This document shows positions 9,103 to 17,725 of a stretch of DNA of 64,000 bases, piece by piece. Numbering within the stretch: position 1 is the stretch's first letter; each line of letters opens with the position of its first letter. The stretch is from Hyalangium minutum (GTDB lineage: Bacteria > Myxococcota > Myxococcia > Myxococcales > Myxococcaceae), in the NCBI RefSeq assembly GCF_000737315.1, contig NZ_JMCB01000018.1, positions 124,001 through 188,000 of the forward strand, read 5' to 3'. The notes beneath the pieces were generated by a model that saw only the letters and a program-made list of their open reading frames with translations, made no database searches and was not told where the DNA came from. Position numbers and translations under genes: made by a program.

Positions 9103-10290
9103 TCAGGTGCCGACGCCGCCGCCGCAGATGACGAAGGGCTTCAGCGGGGCCAGGTGGCCCTCGGCGTTGCCCGTCAGCGACTTGGCGTAGATGCCGCCAT
9201 CGAAGCTGCCGTTGCTGAAGTTGAAGTCCGCATTGGGCGCCAGCACGGTGCCGAAGAACCCGTAGTTGTACGCGGTGATCGTGGTGGCATCCGGGAAGTG
9301 GAAGAGGACGTTCCGGGCGTCCACGCCGCTGTACGCGTTGGCGAAGTTGGCGATCGTCGGGCTGTCACCGAGGACGTTGATGACCGCGGTGGAGCCGCCG
9401 GGCACGTTGAGCGAGAAGTACCGGGTGGCGCTCAGCTGCGTGGCGTCCACCCAGAACACGTTCACCCGCGCATCGGAGCCCTGCAGGAAGAGGCCGCCCC
9501 AGGACTGGAACTGCGTCTGTCCGTTGCGCTGCAGCGAGGAGAGCTCCCACGAGAGCGTCGCCAGCTCGTCCGCGCGCTCCTGGAAGTTGATCGAGCTGTA
9601 GCGCGACAGGGCGCCCCGGTAGAACGTCACCGTGCCGTTGGCCGTGGTGCTGCCGTCGTAGTGCGCGTTGCCGAACACGCCACCGTTGCTGATGTTCAGG
9701 TTGCCGCCGGCCACCAGCGCGTTCTCCAGGTTGTCGTCGGGGATCTCCGCGGCCACGGTGAAGTGGTCCATGGAGATGTCGCCGCCCGCCGCCACCTTCC
9801 CGCGCACGTCATGGCCACCGGTGTAGTTGCCGGTCACGAAGAGGTTGAAGTCGTTGAGCTCCACGTCCCGGCAGTTCCCCATGTACGGGGTGATGACGAT
9901 GGTGTGCGTCTTGGCCGACTCGTAGTTGCTGGCGCGATCCTTGGCGGAATACGTCAGCGTGGTCGTCCCCAAGGTGGTGATGACCGGGACGTAAACGGAA
10001 CCGCCGTTGCCGGTGCCGCTGCCCGTCTGCGCGCCGCTCAGGGACCAGGAGATGCTCTCCACCCCGGCCGAGTCATCCGTGGCGGTGATGAGGATCGACA
10101 CGTTGCCGTGAAACTCGCCGTTCGCGTCCGGCGTCTGCTCGATGAAAAGGCTGCTCTCCGGCGGCGTCGTGTCATACGCAGCCAACGCTTGGGCATGACC
10201 CTCCTGGACTTCGGACCCGGTCAGCTCCGGCGCGCCGCATGCGGTGAAGGCGAGAAACACAAAACCATAGATGGTGGACTGACTCTTCAC
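9103..10290 (-). CDS. Choice-of-anchor A family (ice-binding-like adhesive domain) lipoprotein with an N-terminal Ig-like domain
   Basis: GTG start after GGAGG; lipobox AFTAC; DTTPP...Y.AKDRA.N Ig-like unit; FNLFVTG...GKVAAGG...NVLFHFPDA...GTVLAPNA...G.IYAKS typical of choice-of-anchor A. Confidence 0.8.
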   Translation of the reverse strand: MKSQSTIYGFVFLAFTACGAPELTGSEVQEGHAQALAAYDTTPPESSLFIEQTPDANGEFHGNVSILITATDDSAGVESISWSLSGAQTGSGTGNGGSVYVPVITTLGTTTLTYSAKDRASNYESAKTHTIVITPYMGNCRDVELNDFNLFVTGNYTGGHDVRGKVAAGGDISMDHFTVAAEIPDDNLENALVAGGNLNISNGGVFGNAHYDGSTTANGTVTFYRGALSRYSSINFQERADELATLSWELSSLQRNGQTQFQSWGGLFLQGSDARVNVFWVDATQLSATRYFSLNVPGGSTAVINVLGDSPTIANFANAYSGVDARNVLFHFPDATTITAYNYGFFGTVLAPNADFNFSNGSFDGGIYAKSLTGNAEGHLAPLKPFVICGGGVGT

Positions 10291-10604
10291 GGACGTTCTC
10301 CTCCCTGACTCAACCTCCGCACCGCGGGGTGAGGCATAGGATCAGTGTTGTGAGTAATGCCCGTATTCCAAGAATACGGAACGTCCCCCTGTATTGATGC
10401 ATCCGTGAGCTTAAAGGACTAACCCGATCAGCTGCTATCTGAAGTGTTGTGTGATCTTTATGCCTACAACGGCAGACGCGACGTTAACGTTTTCCTGTAT
10501 TACTCGTCTTGTCAGTATTTACCGGTTCAGCTCGCTCGGGACGAACGAGGGGCTAAAACGCAAAACCAGACAAGCCTTGTAAAACGCGGATAAACGACGG
10601 CTCT

Positions 10605-10637
10605 TCAGGCACTTCACTTTTTTTGTGAAGTGCCTGA
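10605..10637. repeat. Perfect 13-bp inverted repeat with a T7 loop (terminator or operator)
   Basis: TCAGGCACTTCAC-TTTTTTT-GTGAAGTGCCTGA, about 60 nt downstream of the MFS stop. Confidence 0.7.
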
Positions 10638-10698
10638 CAGGAACGCTGAGCTTGGCCGTTTTCAGCCCGGTTGCGGGCCGGGAGTGGGCTTCGAGCGC

Positions 10699-12015
10699 TT
10701 ACTCGCCTGCATGCTGTCGGGCCATCGCCCGGCCGCGCTTCTCGTCGACGAAGAAGGCGATCACCAGGGAGATGAAAAAGAACAGCACGCACAGAAGGAT
10801 CGAGCCCTGGAGCCCCAGGTGGATCTGGAGGAAGCCCAGGCTCATGAGCCCGAAGATGGCGGACAGCTTGCCGAAGAGGCCCCAGAAGCCGAAGAACTCG
10901 CCGGCCTTGGACTCGGGGCTGAAGACGCCGACGATGGCGCGGGCCGCGGACTGGGTGGAGCCCAGGCACAGCCCGGCCAGGGCGCCGATGCTGAGGAACA
11001 CCCGCTCCGCCCTCCACTGGGTCCCCAGCGTGGCGTTGATCCAGTCCGTCAGGCCCGGAGCGCCCCACAGGAGCACCACGGCCACCATCCAGATGACCAG
11101 CGTGATGCTGTAGGTCCGCTTGTCACCAATCCGGTCCTGGATGTAGCCGAAGATCCAGGCCCCCACGGCAGCGGAGATGTTCGTGAGCACGAACATGGCC
11201 ACCTGGGAGGACGGGCTCCAGCGGATCACCTGATCGCCGTAGATGAAGGCGAAGCTGATGACGATGGAGAGCCCCGCGTAGGAGAAGAAGAAGGAAAAGA
11301 GGAAGACGATCAGGTCGCGAAAGACTGTCAGCTCGCGCAGCGTCTGCTTCATGCGGCGGAAGCCCGCGCCGAGGTAGCTCTCCCCCGGCGGCAGGGCCCT
11401 GGGGGTGCCGCGCTCCTTCAGCAGGAGGAAGGTAGGGATGCCGGCCAGCAGGAAGAAGCCACCGGTGAGCGGGCCGATCAGCCGCACGCCCTCGAGGTTG
11501 CTCGCGTCATGGGGCGTGGTGAGGAACATGACCAGGCCGGTGGACAGCAAGCCGCCCAGGTAGCCGACGCCCCAGGCCAGCCCGGAGATCTTCCCCAGTT
11601 CCTCCGGCGGCCCCAGGTCCGGCAGGAACGCCGAGGTGAAGTTCTCCCCCACCGAGAAGCCAAAGTTGGAGAGCACGATGAGGATGAAACAGAGCGCCAC
11701 CGCGCCGGGCGTGACGAAGTAGAGCGCGGCGGTGGCCGTCACGGTGAGCAGGTAGCTGGCGAACAGGAACTTCTTCTTCGCGGCGCTGAAGTCCATCAGC
11801 GAGCCCAGCACCGGCCCGCTCAGCGCCACCAGGAGCAGGCTGGTGGAGAGCGCCATGCTCCAGAGGAAGTTGCCCTCGCGCTCGTCTCCGACAATCAGCT
11901 TGGGGAAGAGCACGCTGAAGGCCACGGTGACGATGACGGTGGTGTAGGACGAGTTCGCGAAGTCGAACATCGCCCACCCGAAGATCTCTCGGAAGGGCGC
12001 GCGCTGGGTGCTCAT
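10699..12015 (-). CDS. MFS transporter (UMF1/Atg22-like family)
   Basis: REIFGWAMFDFANSSY, G.ISGL.WGVGYLGG and SPESKAGEFFGFWGL.GK motifs; about 12 hydrophobic segments. Confidence 0.85.
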   Translation of the reverse strand: MSTQRAPFREIFGWAMFDFANSSYTTVIVTVAFSVLFPKLIVGDEREGNFLWSMALSTSLLLVALSGPVLGSLMDFSAAKKKFLFASYLLTVTATAALYFVTPGAVALCFILIVLSNFGFSVGENFTSAFLPDLGPPEELGKISGLAWGVGYLGGLLSTGLVMFLTTPHDASNLEGVRLIGPLTGGFFLLAGIPTFLLLKERGTPRALPPGESYLGAGFRRMKQTLRELTVFRDLIVFLFSFFFSYAGLSIVISFAFIYGDQVIRWSPSSQVAMFVLTNISAAVGAWIFGYIQDRIGDKRTYSITLVIWMVAVVLLWGAPGLTDWINATLGTQWRAERVFLSIGALAGLCLGSTQSAARAIVGVFSPESKAGEFFGFWGLFGKLSAIFGLMSLGFLQIHLGLQGSILLCVLFFFISLVIAFFVDEKRGRAMARQHAGE

Positions 12016-12034
12016 CGACCGACGGCTCCTGTTT

Positions 12035-12526
12035 TCAGAACAAATCCCTGGGGTCCAACCGGCGATCGCGCGCCTCCACCACCCGCCACTCCCCGTCCTG
12101 CTCCTTCTCGAAGGAGCCTTCGACGCTCCAGGCGTCGACGACGCTCTCCTTCGCCAGCTGCTCCAGCTCCCGCGCCTCCGAGCGCGCGAAGATGAACCGG
12201 ACCGTGAAGTCTCCGCGCGTGGGGGAGACCTCCGTCACCTCGAGCCCGGTGTGGAAGATGCGGACCCACTGCCCGCGCAGCACCTGGGCCACCAGCACGC
12301 CCCTCACCTGCTCCTTGCTGAAGCCCCGGCCGGCCTTGAAGCGCTCAGAGACACCCTCCATGACCCCGGCCACGTCCTTCTCCTCGGCCGCGCGTGTCAT
12401 GGCGATGATCTTCCGGGTGATGGCTTCCTGGACCGGCAGCTCCGGGGTGGGCCACAGGAACAGCACCAGCCCGGCGGCCAGCAGCGCCAGGGCCACCCCG
12501 ATCACCCGCGAACTTGGAAGCGTCAC
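12035..12526 (-). CDS. Membrane-anchored NTF2-like hypothetical protein
   Basis: GTG start after GAGGG; N-terminal TM helix; helix RAAEEKDVAGVMEGVS and terminal FEKEQDGEWRV strand. Confidence 0.6.
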   Translation of the reverse strand: MTLPSSRVIGVALALLAAGLVLFLWPTPELPVQEAITRKIIAMTRAAEEKDVAGVMEGVSERFKAGRGFSKEQVRGVLVAQVLRGQWVRIFHTGLEVTEVSPTRGDFTVRFIFARSEARELEQLAKESVVDAWSVEGSFEKEQDGEWRVVEARDRRLDPRDLF

Positions 12527-12542
12527 TGGTGCCCTCGCCTGC

Positions 12543-13880
12543 TCACGCCGCCCCGGCGGAGTCGGCTTCGATCACCAGCTCGTCGGCGTCGATGATCTCG
12601 GCGGGCCGCAGGGCCTCGGCCGTCTGCCGCTGCCGGCGCTCCGAGAGCTGCTCCAGATACGTCTTCACTGACGGGTACTCCTTCACCAGCTCGCCGAACG
12701 CAGCGCGATCCATGAAGGCCGTGGCCGTCTTGCGCGTGGCCACCACCGTGGCCGTCGCCGGAGTGCCCATCAGCAGGGAGATCTCCCCGGCCACCTCGCC
12801 CTCGCGCAGGACGCCGAGGCTCACCACCCCACCCGCCGGATCCTCCTTCTGCACCACCAGCTCGCCGGCCAGCACCAGGAAGAGGCCGGGCGCCAGCTCG
12901 CCCTCCGTGAGCGCCCTGTCCCGAGGCTGCAGCGCCTTGAAGGTGAAGCGCCCCAACAGCGCGGCCCGCTCGGACTCCGGCAGCTGCTGGAACAGCGGCG
13001 AGGTGGCCATCATGTTGCGCGCCATGCGCTGCTGCGCGAACTCGGCCAGCACCTGCGGCACCGAGGGGAAGGTGCGCGCCACCGCGTTGAGGTGCTCGCG
13101 GCGGATCTCGAACACCTCCGTGTCCACCGTGGTGGTCACCGAGGCCGTCGGCGGCGTGCCGGTGATGAGCGACAGCTCGCCGAAGATGGAGCCGCCGCCC
13201 AGCCGGCCCAGCGCCTTGCGCTGCCCCTCCACCAAGCGCGTCACCTCGGCCTTGCCCGCGACGATGACGTACAGGGCGTCACCCGTGTCACCCTCCTGGC
13301 TGATCACCGTACCTGCGGGCACGCTCCTCCAGGCCATGCGCTGCACCAGATCCAGGAACACCTCGCGGTCCAGATCCGCGAACAGCGGCAGCGGAGGGCG
13401 GCTGCTCGGATCGGCCACGCCACCCGGGTCCGGCGCGGCCAGCACCTCGAGGGCCCGGCCAATGAGCTCCTCGCCCATCAGCTCCAGCAGATCCGCCTCC
13501 ACCTTGCCATCAAACATGGGGTCCGGAGGCAGCGGCGGGGGCACGGAGGCCTTGCCCGCGGCATTGCGCGCGGCGCGGGCGTGGATGCGTGCCAGCGTGT
13601 CCTTCAGGCGGCGCTCCTGGGGGGCCAGCTCCAGGCCCAGCTTGCAGGCCGCCATGGAGGACAGCAGGTAGTCGCGCCGGAGGAGGCCCTCGGCGGAGGC
13701 GTGGTACACGGTGACTGCGCGCTCGCGCTCGCCCAGCTCCGCCAGGCAGCGCGCCGCGAGCATGCGCGAGCGGTGATCCGCGGGTCTGCGACGGACAGAC
13801 TCGGCGAACACAGCGAGGGCGCGCTCGAACTGGCGCTCCTCGATCAGGTCCATCCCGAGTTCTCGCAACGACTCGCTCAT
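12543..13880 (-). CDS. TPR plus tandem cyclic-nucleotide-binding (CAP_ED) domain protein
   Basis: N-terminal TPR-like helices; two cNMP domains (EGDTGDALYVIVAG...FGELSL and EGELAPGLFLVLAG...AGEISL); no output domain. Confidence 0.8.
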   Translation of the reverse strand: MSESLRELGMDLIEERQFERALAVFAESVRRRPADHRSRMLAARCLAELGERERAVTVYHASAEGLLRRDYLLSSMAACKLGLELAPQERRLKDTLARIHARAARNAAGKASVPPPLPPDPMFDGKVEADLLELMGEELIGRALEVLAAPDPGGVADPSSRPPLPLFADLDREVFLDLVQRMAWRSVPAGTVISQEGDTGDALYVIVAGKAEVTRLVEGQRKALGRLGGGSIFGELSLITGTPPTASVTTTVDTEVFEIRREHLNAVARTFPSVPQVLAEFAQQRMARNMMATSPLFQQLPESERAALLGRFTFKALQPRDRALTEGELAPGLFLVLAGELVVQKEDPAGGVVSLGVLREGEVAGEISLLMGTPATATVVATRKTATAFMDRAAFGELVKEYPSVKTYLEQLSERRQRQTAEALRPAEIIDADELVIEADSAGAA

Positions 13881-13953
13881 GAAGGCTCTCCCCGAAGAAG
13901 GTCTTGAACGGAATGCGGCTGACGGGGCGGCACCTTACCGCACCGTCCCGCAC

Positions 13954-16068
13954 TCAAGGACTCAGTTCGTTCAACTGGCTTTGTGCCTTCTCGCGGAGCT
14001 CGGAGCCTTCCTCGGCCGTGTCGATGACAATCCTGAACTTTTCCGCTGCTGACCGAGGATCGCGATCCTTCTCCATGTAGGCGCGCTCGTACAGCTGGTT
14101 CACCTTGTCCTGCATGCCGGTGAGCGCCTCGGTCGCGCGCGAGTCTCCGGGGTTGAGCCGCAGCGCCTCGCGGAAGAGACGGCCCGCGCTGGCGAGATCA
14201 TTGCGCGCCAGGGCGGACTTGCCCGCGCGCACGGAGGCCTCGGCGAGCTGCTCGTGGATGGAGTCCAGCAGGGCGCCCCTGAAGCCGATCTCCCGGTAGA
14301 TCTCCTCGGACTTCTTGAGGGGACGGACGGCCGTCTCCATGGAGTTGGCCTGCACCTTGCGCTGCGCGTCCGTGTAGGAGCGGGCGAACTGGGGAATCAG
14401 CCGCTTGAGGTTCTTGGCGCGCTCGCGGATCTCGACGTCGCCCTTGTTGTCCTCGATGACGCGATCGCACTCGAGCACGGCGCGCTCGTAGTCACCGTTC
14501 TCGAACTTGCGCTCCACGCTGGAGAACGCATCCGCGATGAACTGGGCGCGCCGCTCCGCGGCCCGCTTGGCGGCCAGCGCCTTGTTGTTCTTCTCCAGCT
14601 TGGCCTGCTCGGCGGCATCCTTATTCAGGGCCTCCTGGAGCTCCGCCGCCTTGTCGCGGTAGAGCGGCTGAAGGTCCGTGGGGAGCTTCGGAATGAGGGC
14701 CCGCAGCCCGTCCAAGTCCCCAGCCGCGAGCAGTTCCTCGGCACGCTTGGCGAAGAAGGCAGCCTCGGCTTGGGAGAGTTCCTTCTCGAGCGCAGCGCGC
14801 TCCTCATCGCTCTTAGTGGTGGTGCCCGCAGGGGAGGCCTCCAGCGCCCTGCGGGCCTCGGCGTAGTTGCCCTCGGCCATCAGCGCGCGCACCGACTTGA
14901 AGGCCTCCATGACGGCCGCCTCAGTTTGGGCCGCCTTGGCCAGCCCCTCCTCGTCGATGCCGGGCTTGAGCCGCTCGGCGGCCTCGATGAGCTTGACGGC
15001 CTCCGCGTAATCGCCGTCGCGGATGGCGTTGCGCGCCGCGTTCATCTTGGCGATGGCCAGCTGCTCCTTGGGATCGACCGGAGGCGGCGCGGGCGGATCC
15101 TTCTTGGCGAAGATGATGATGAGCACCACCACCACCACCACCAGGAACACTCCGGCGCCGCCCGCGTAGAGGACCTTCTTGTCGGCGAGCTTGCCCTGCC
15201 CCCGGCGGGTGGGCACTGAATCCAGCGCGGGGCGGACGGCCGTACCCTCCTTCAGGCGCGGATCGTTCGGATCCACGTCCCCCTTGGCGGCCGCGGAGGC
15301 GTTGGCGGCCTCCGCCTTCTTCTTGGCCTCTTCCTCCGCCTTCTTCTTGGCCTCCTCCTCGGCCTTCTTCTTGGCCTCGGCATCCTTGGCGTCCTGCTCG
15401 GCACGGAACTGCTTGACGGCCTCGATCTCGTCCACGAACTTCAGAACCGTGCGGCCGATCTCGATCTCGTCGCCGTGCTTGAGCTGCTTCTCCTCGACGC
15501 GCTCGTCGTTGACCTTGGTGCCGCTGGCGCCGCCCAGGTCGCGCAGCATCGTGCCATTGTCACCGTGGATCAGCTCCAGGTGGCGGCGGGAGACGGCCTG
15601 ATCCGTCAGCTTCAGGTCCACGTCCTTGCCGCGCCCCACCACCATGCGCACGGACTTGAAGCGCTTCTTCCGGCCGGCATCCGGGCCTTCGATGACTTGC
15701 AGGGAGATGGGCGGACCCGCGCGAGTGGAGTCCGGGTTGTCGTCGTCCTCCTCGATGGGCCCGTCCTCGTCCAGCTCCTGAAATTCCTTGGAGACGGCGC
15801 GGGGATCGTCCGCGACGGGGGTGCCCTCGCCGGGCTCCTCCTCGCCCTCGGCCGGGTAGTGGTTGGAGGTGTAGTACTCCTCCTCCCGAGGGGGATCCAT
15901 GGACGGCTCATCCGGCTCGTCGGGCACGGGCGGCGCGGGGCGGCTCTTGCGGGCGCGGCTCGTGTAGTAGGGCGAGGGCTTGAGCTCGGTGTGATCGTTC
16001 TTCGCTCCCCCACCGGAGGGCTTCGAAGAATCCGCGTGGGAAGAGGAAGTCGGTCGGCGAGGGGGCAT
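13954..16068 (-). CDS. FHA-domain bitopic membrane protein with periplasmic TPR-like region
   Basis: Acidic disordered N-terminus; FHA motifs VGRG, VSRRH and RDLGGASGT.VN; KKKAEEEA repeats; TM helix (VFLVVVVVVLIIIFA); helical C-terminus. Confidence 0.8.
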   Translation of the reverse strand: MPPRRPTSSSHADSSKPSGGGAKNDHTELKPSPYYTSRARKSRPAPPVPDEPDEPSMDPPREEEYYTSNHYPAEGEEEPGEGTPVADDPRAVSKEFQELDEDGPIEEDDDNPDSTRAGPPISLQVIEGPDAGRKKRFKSVRMVVGRGKDVDLKLTDQAVSRRHLELIHGDNGTMLRDLGGASGTKVNDERVEEKQLKHGDEIEIGRTVLKFVDEIEAVKQFRAEQDAKDAEAKKKAEEEAKKKAEEEAKKKAEAANASAAAKGDVDPNDPRLKEGTAVRPALDSVPTRRGQGKLADKKVLYAGGAGVFLVVVVVVLIIIFAKKDPPAPPPVDPKEQLAIAKMNAARNAIRDGDYAEAVKLIEAAERLKPGIDEEGLAKAAQTEAAVMEAFKSVRALMAEGNYAEARRALEASPAGTTTKSDEERAALEKELSQAEAAFFAKRAEELLAAGDLDGLRALIPKLPTDLQPLYRDKAAELQEALNKDAAEQAKLEKNNKALAAKRAAERRAQFIADAFSSVERKFENGDYERAVLECDRVIEDNKGDVEIRERAKNLKRLIPQFARSYTDAQRKVQANSMETAVRPLKKSEEIYREIGFRGALLDSIHEQLAEASVRAGKSALARNDLASAGRLFREALRLNPGDSRATEALTGMQDKVNQLYERAYMEKDRDPRSAAEKFRIVIDTAEEGSELREKAQSQLNELSP
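15314..15378 (-). repeat. 24-bp coding tandem repeat (about 2.7 copies) encoding (E/A)AKKKAEE
   Basis: GCCTTCTTCTTGGCCTC units at 15314, 15338 and 15362. Confidence 0.85.
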
Positions 16069-16233
16069 GGGTGTAGGCCAGTCTGGGAGGCCGGAGCATC
16101 TTAGAGCGCCCGCCCGACCAGGGGAATGCGCATAGGGGGGCAAGTGGAACACTCCGGGTGCGTTGTCCGTTGCCGGTGGGATAGGCCCCCATTAGGGTCT
16201 TCCCCACTTTTCACAGTGTCTTGGAGAATACGA

Positions 16234-17715
16234 ATGCCCCGTGCGACGGCGAGAACGAAGCGCCCCACCCCGGCCCAGTTAGGCCCTCTGGCCACCCGGC
16301 CGACGGCGGCAGCCCCCCTGCTGCCCCAGGCGCTGATCGAGCGCCTGCTGGCGGTCGCCATGGAGCGAGGCGGTGAGTTCGCCGAAGTGTACGTGGAGCG
16401 GGCACTCACCACGGCGGTGGTGCTGGAGGAGTCCCGCATCAAGAGCGCGCAGACGGGGCTGATGCAGGGCGTGGGCGTGCGCGTCATCTCCGGGGCGAAG
16501 GTGGGCTACGCGTACTCGGATGACCTGGACGAGCCGGCGCTGATGCGGGCGGCGCGCACGGCGGCGCTGATTGCGCAGGGCAAGGGCTCGGAGCAGAGCT
16601 TCAAAGTGAGCCGGACGCCTTCGCCCAGCTACTACAAGGTGGCGATGCCGCTGGCGGACGTGGACGTGGCGCGCAAGGCGGAGCTGGTGCTGCGGGCGGA
16701 CAAGGCGGCGCGGGCGTTCGATCCGCGGGTGAAGCAGGTGAACGGCAGCTACGCGGACAACACGAAGCGGATCGCGGTGGCGAACACGCTGGGCCATTAC
16801 ACCGAGGACACGCAGGACCTGTGCCGCATTGGCATCCAGGTGGTGGCCGAGGGGAAGAACAAGGAGCGGCGCACGGGCATGTACGGCGGCGGCGGCCGCG
16901 TGTCGTTCAGCCACTTCGACGCCTTCACTCCGGAGCAGGTGGGGCGCGAGGCGGCGCGGCAGGCGGTGGCGACGCTGGGCGCGGCCGAGTGCCAGGCGGG
17001 GCCGCAGACGGTGGTGCTGGCGCCGGGCTGGAGCGGAATTCTGCTGCACGAGGCGGTGGGCCACGGTCTGGAGGCGGACTTCATCCGCAAGGGCACGTCG
17101 CTGTTCACGGGGAAGCTGGGCCAGAAGGTGGCCTCGGATCTGGTGACGGTGATCGACGATGGAACGGTGGCCAACAGCCGCGGCTCGATCAACGTGGATG
17201 ACGAGGGCAACGCGGGTGAGCGCAAGGTGCTGATCGAGAAGGGCGTGCTGAAGGGCTACATGTACGACAGCCTGAACGCGAAGCTGATGGGGCAGCGCAC
17301 CACGGGCAGCGGGCGGCGCGAGTCCTTCAAGAGCATGCCGCTGCCGCGCATGACGAACACGTACCTGGCGCCGGGCGACCACCTGCCCGAGGACATCGTG
17401 AAGGAAGTGAAGAAGGGGCTGTACTGCGCGACATTCGGCGGCGGGCAGGTGGACATCACCAACGGCAACTTCGTCTTCGAGGTGAGCGAGGCGTACCAGA
17501 TCGAGGACGGGAAGATTGGCCGGCCTGTGAAGAACGCGATCCTGATTGGCGTGGGCCCCGAGGCGCTGAAGAACGTGTCGCGCGTGGGGTGCGATCCGAT
17601 GCCGGACCCGGGTATGGGGACGTGCGGCAAGGATGGGCAGAGCGTGCCGGTGGGCGTGGGTCTGCCGACGCTGCGGATCGACAACATGACGGTGGGCGGG
17701 ACGAAGGTCTCCTGA
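16234..17715 (+). CDS. tldD: TldD metalloprotease subunit
   Basis: GILLHEAVGHGLEAD (HExxGH), GSINVDDEG, GSGRRES..PLPRMTNT and CGKDGQSVPVGVG motifs; SD GGAG. Confidence 0.92.
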   Translation: MPRATARTKRPTPAQLGPLATRPTAAAPLLPQALIERLLAVAMERGGEFAEVYVERALTTAVVLEESRIKSAQTGLMQGVGVRVISGAKVGYAYSDDLDEPALMRAARTAALIAQGKGSEQSFKVSRTPSPSYYKVAMPLADVDVARKAELVLRADKAARAFDPRVKQVNGSYADNTKRIAVANTLGHYTEDTQDLCRIGIQVVAEGKNKERRTGMYGGGGRVSFSHFDAFTPEQVGREAARQAVATLGAAECQAGPQTVVLAPGWSGILLHEAVGHGLEADFIRKGTSLFTGKLGQKVASDLVTVIDDGTVANSRGSINVDDEGNAGERKVLIEKGVLKGYMYDSLNAKLMGQRTTGSGRRESFKSMPLPRMTNTYLAPGDHLPEDIVKEVKKGLYCATFGGGQVDITNGNFVFEVSEAYQIEDGKIGRPVKNAILIGVGPEALKNVSRVGCDPMPDPGMGTCGKDGQSVPVGVGLPTLRIDNMTVGGTKVS

Positions 17716-17725
17716 GGAGCGAGCC

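Noticed and set aside
10540-10590. GGCTAAAACGCAAAACC resembling a c-di-GMP-I riboswitch start
   Set aside because: It is on the strand opposite the downstream gene, and I could not build the P2/P3 stems.
16141-16150. parS-like GTGGAAC near the ParB-like gene
   Set aside because: Half-site only; the 16-bp palindrome is absent.
16176-16207. Imperfect stem-loop upstream of tldD
   Set aside because: No U-tract or known motif; weak hairpins are common at this GC content.
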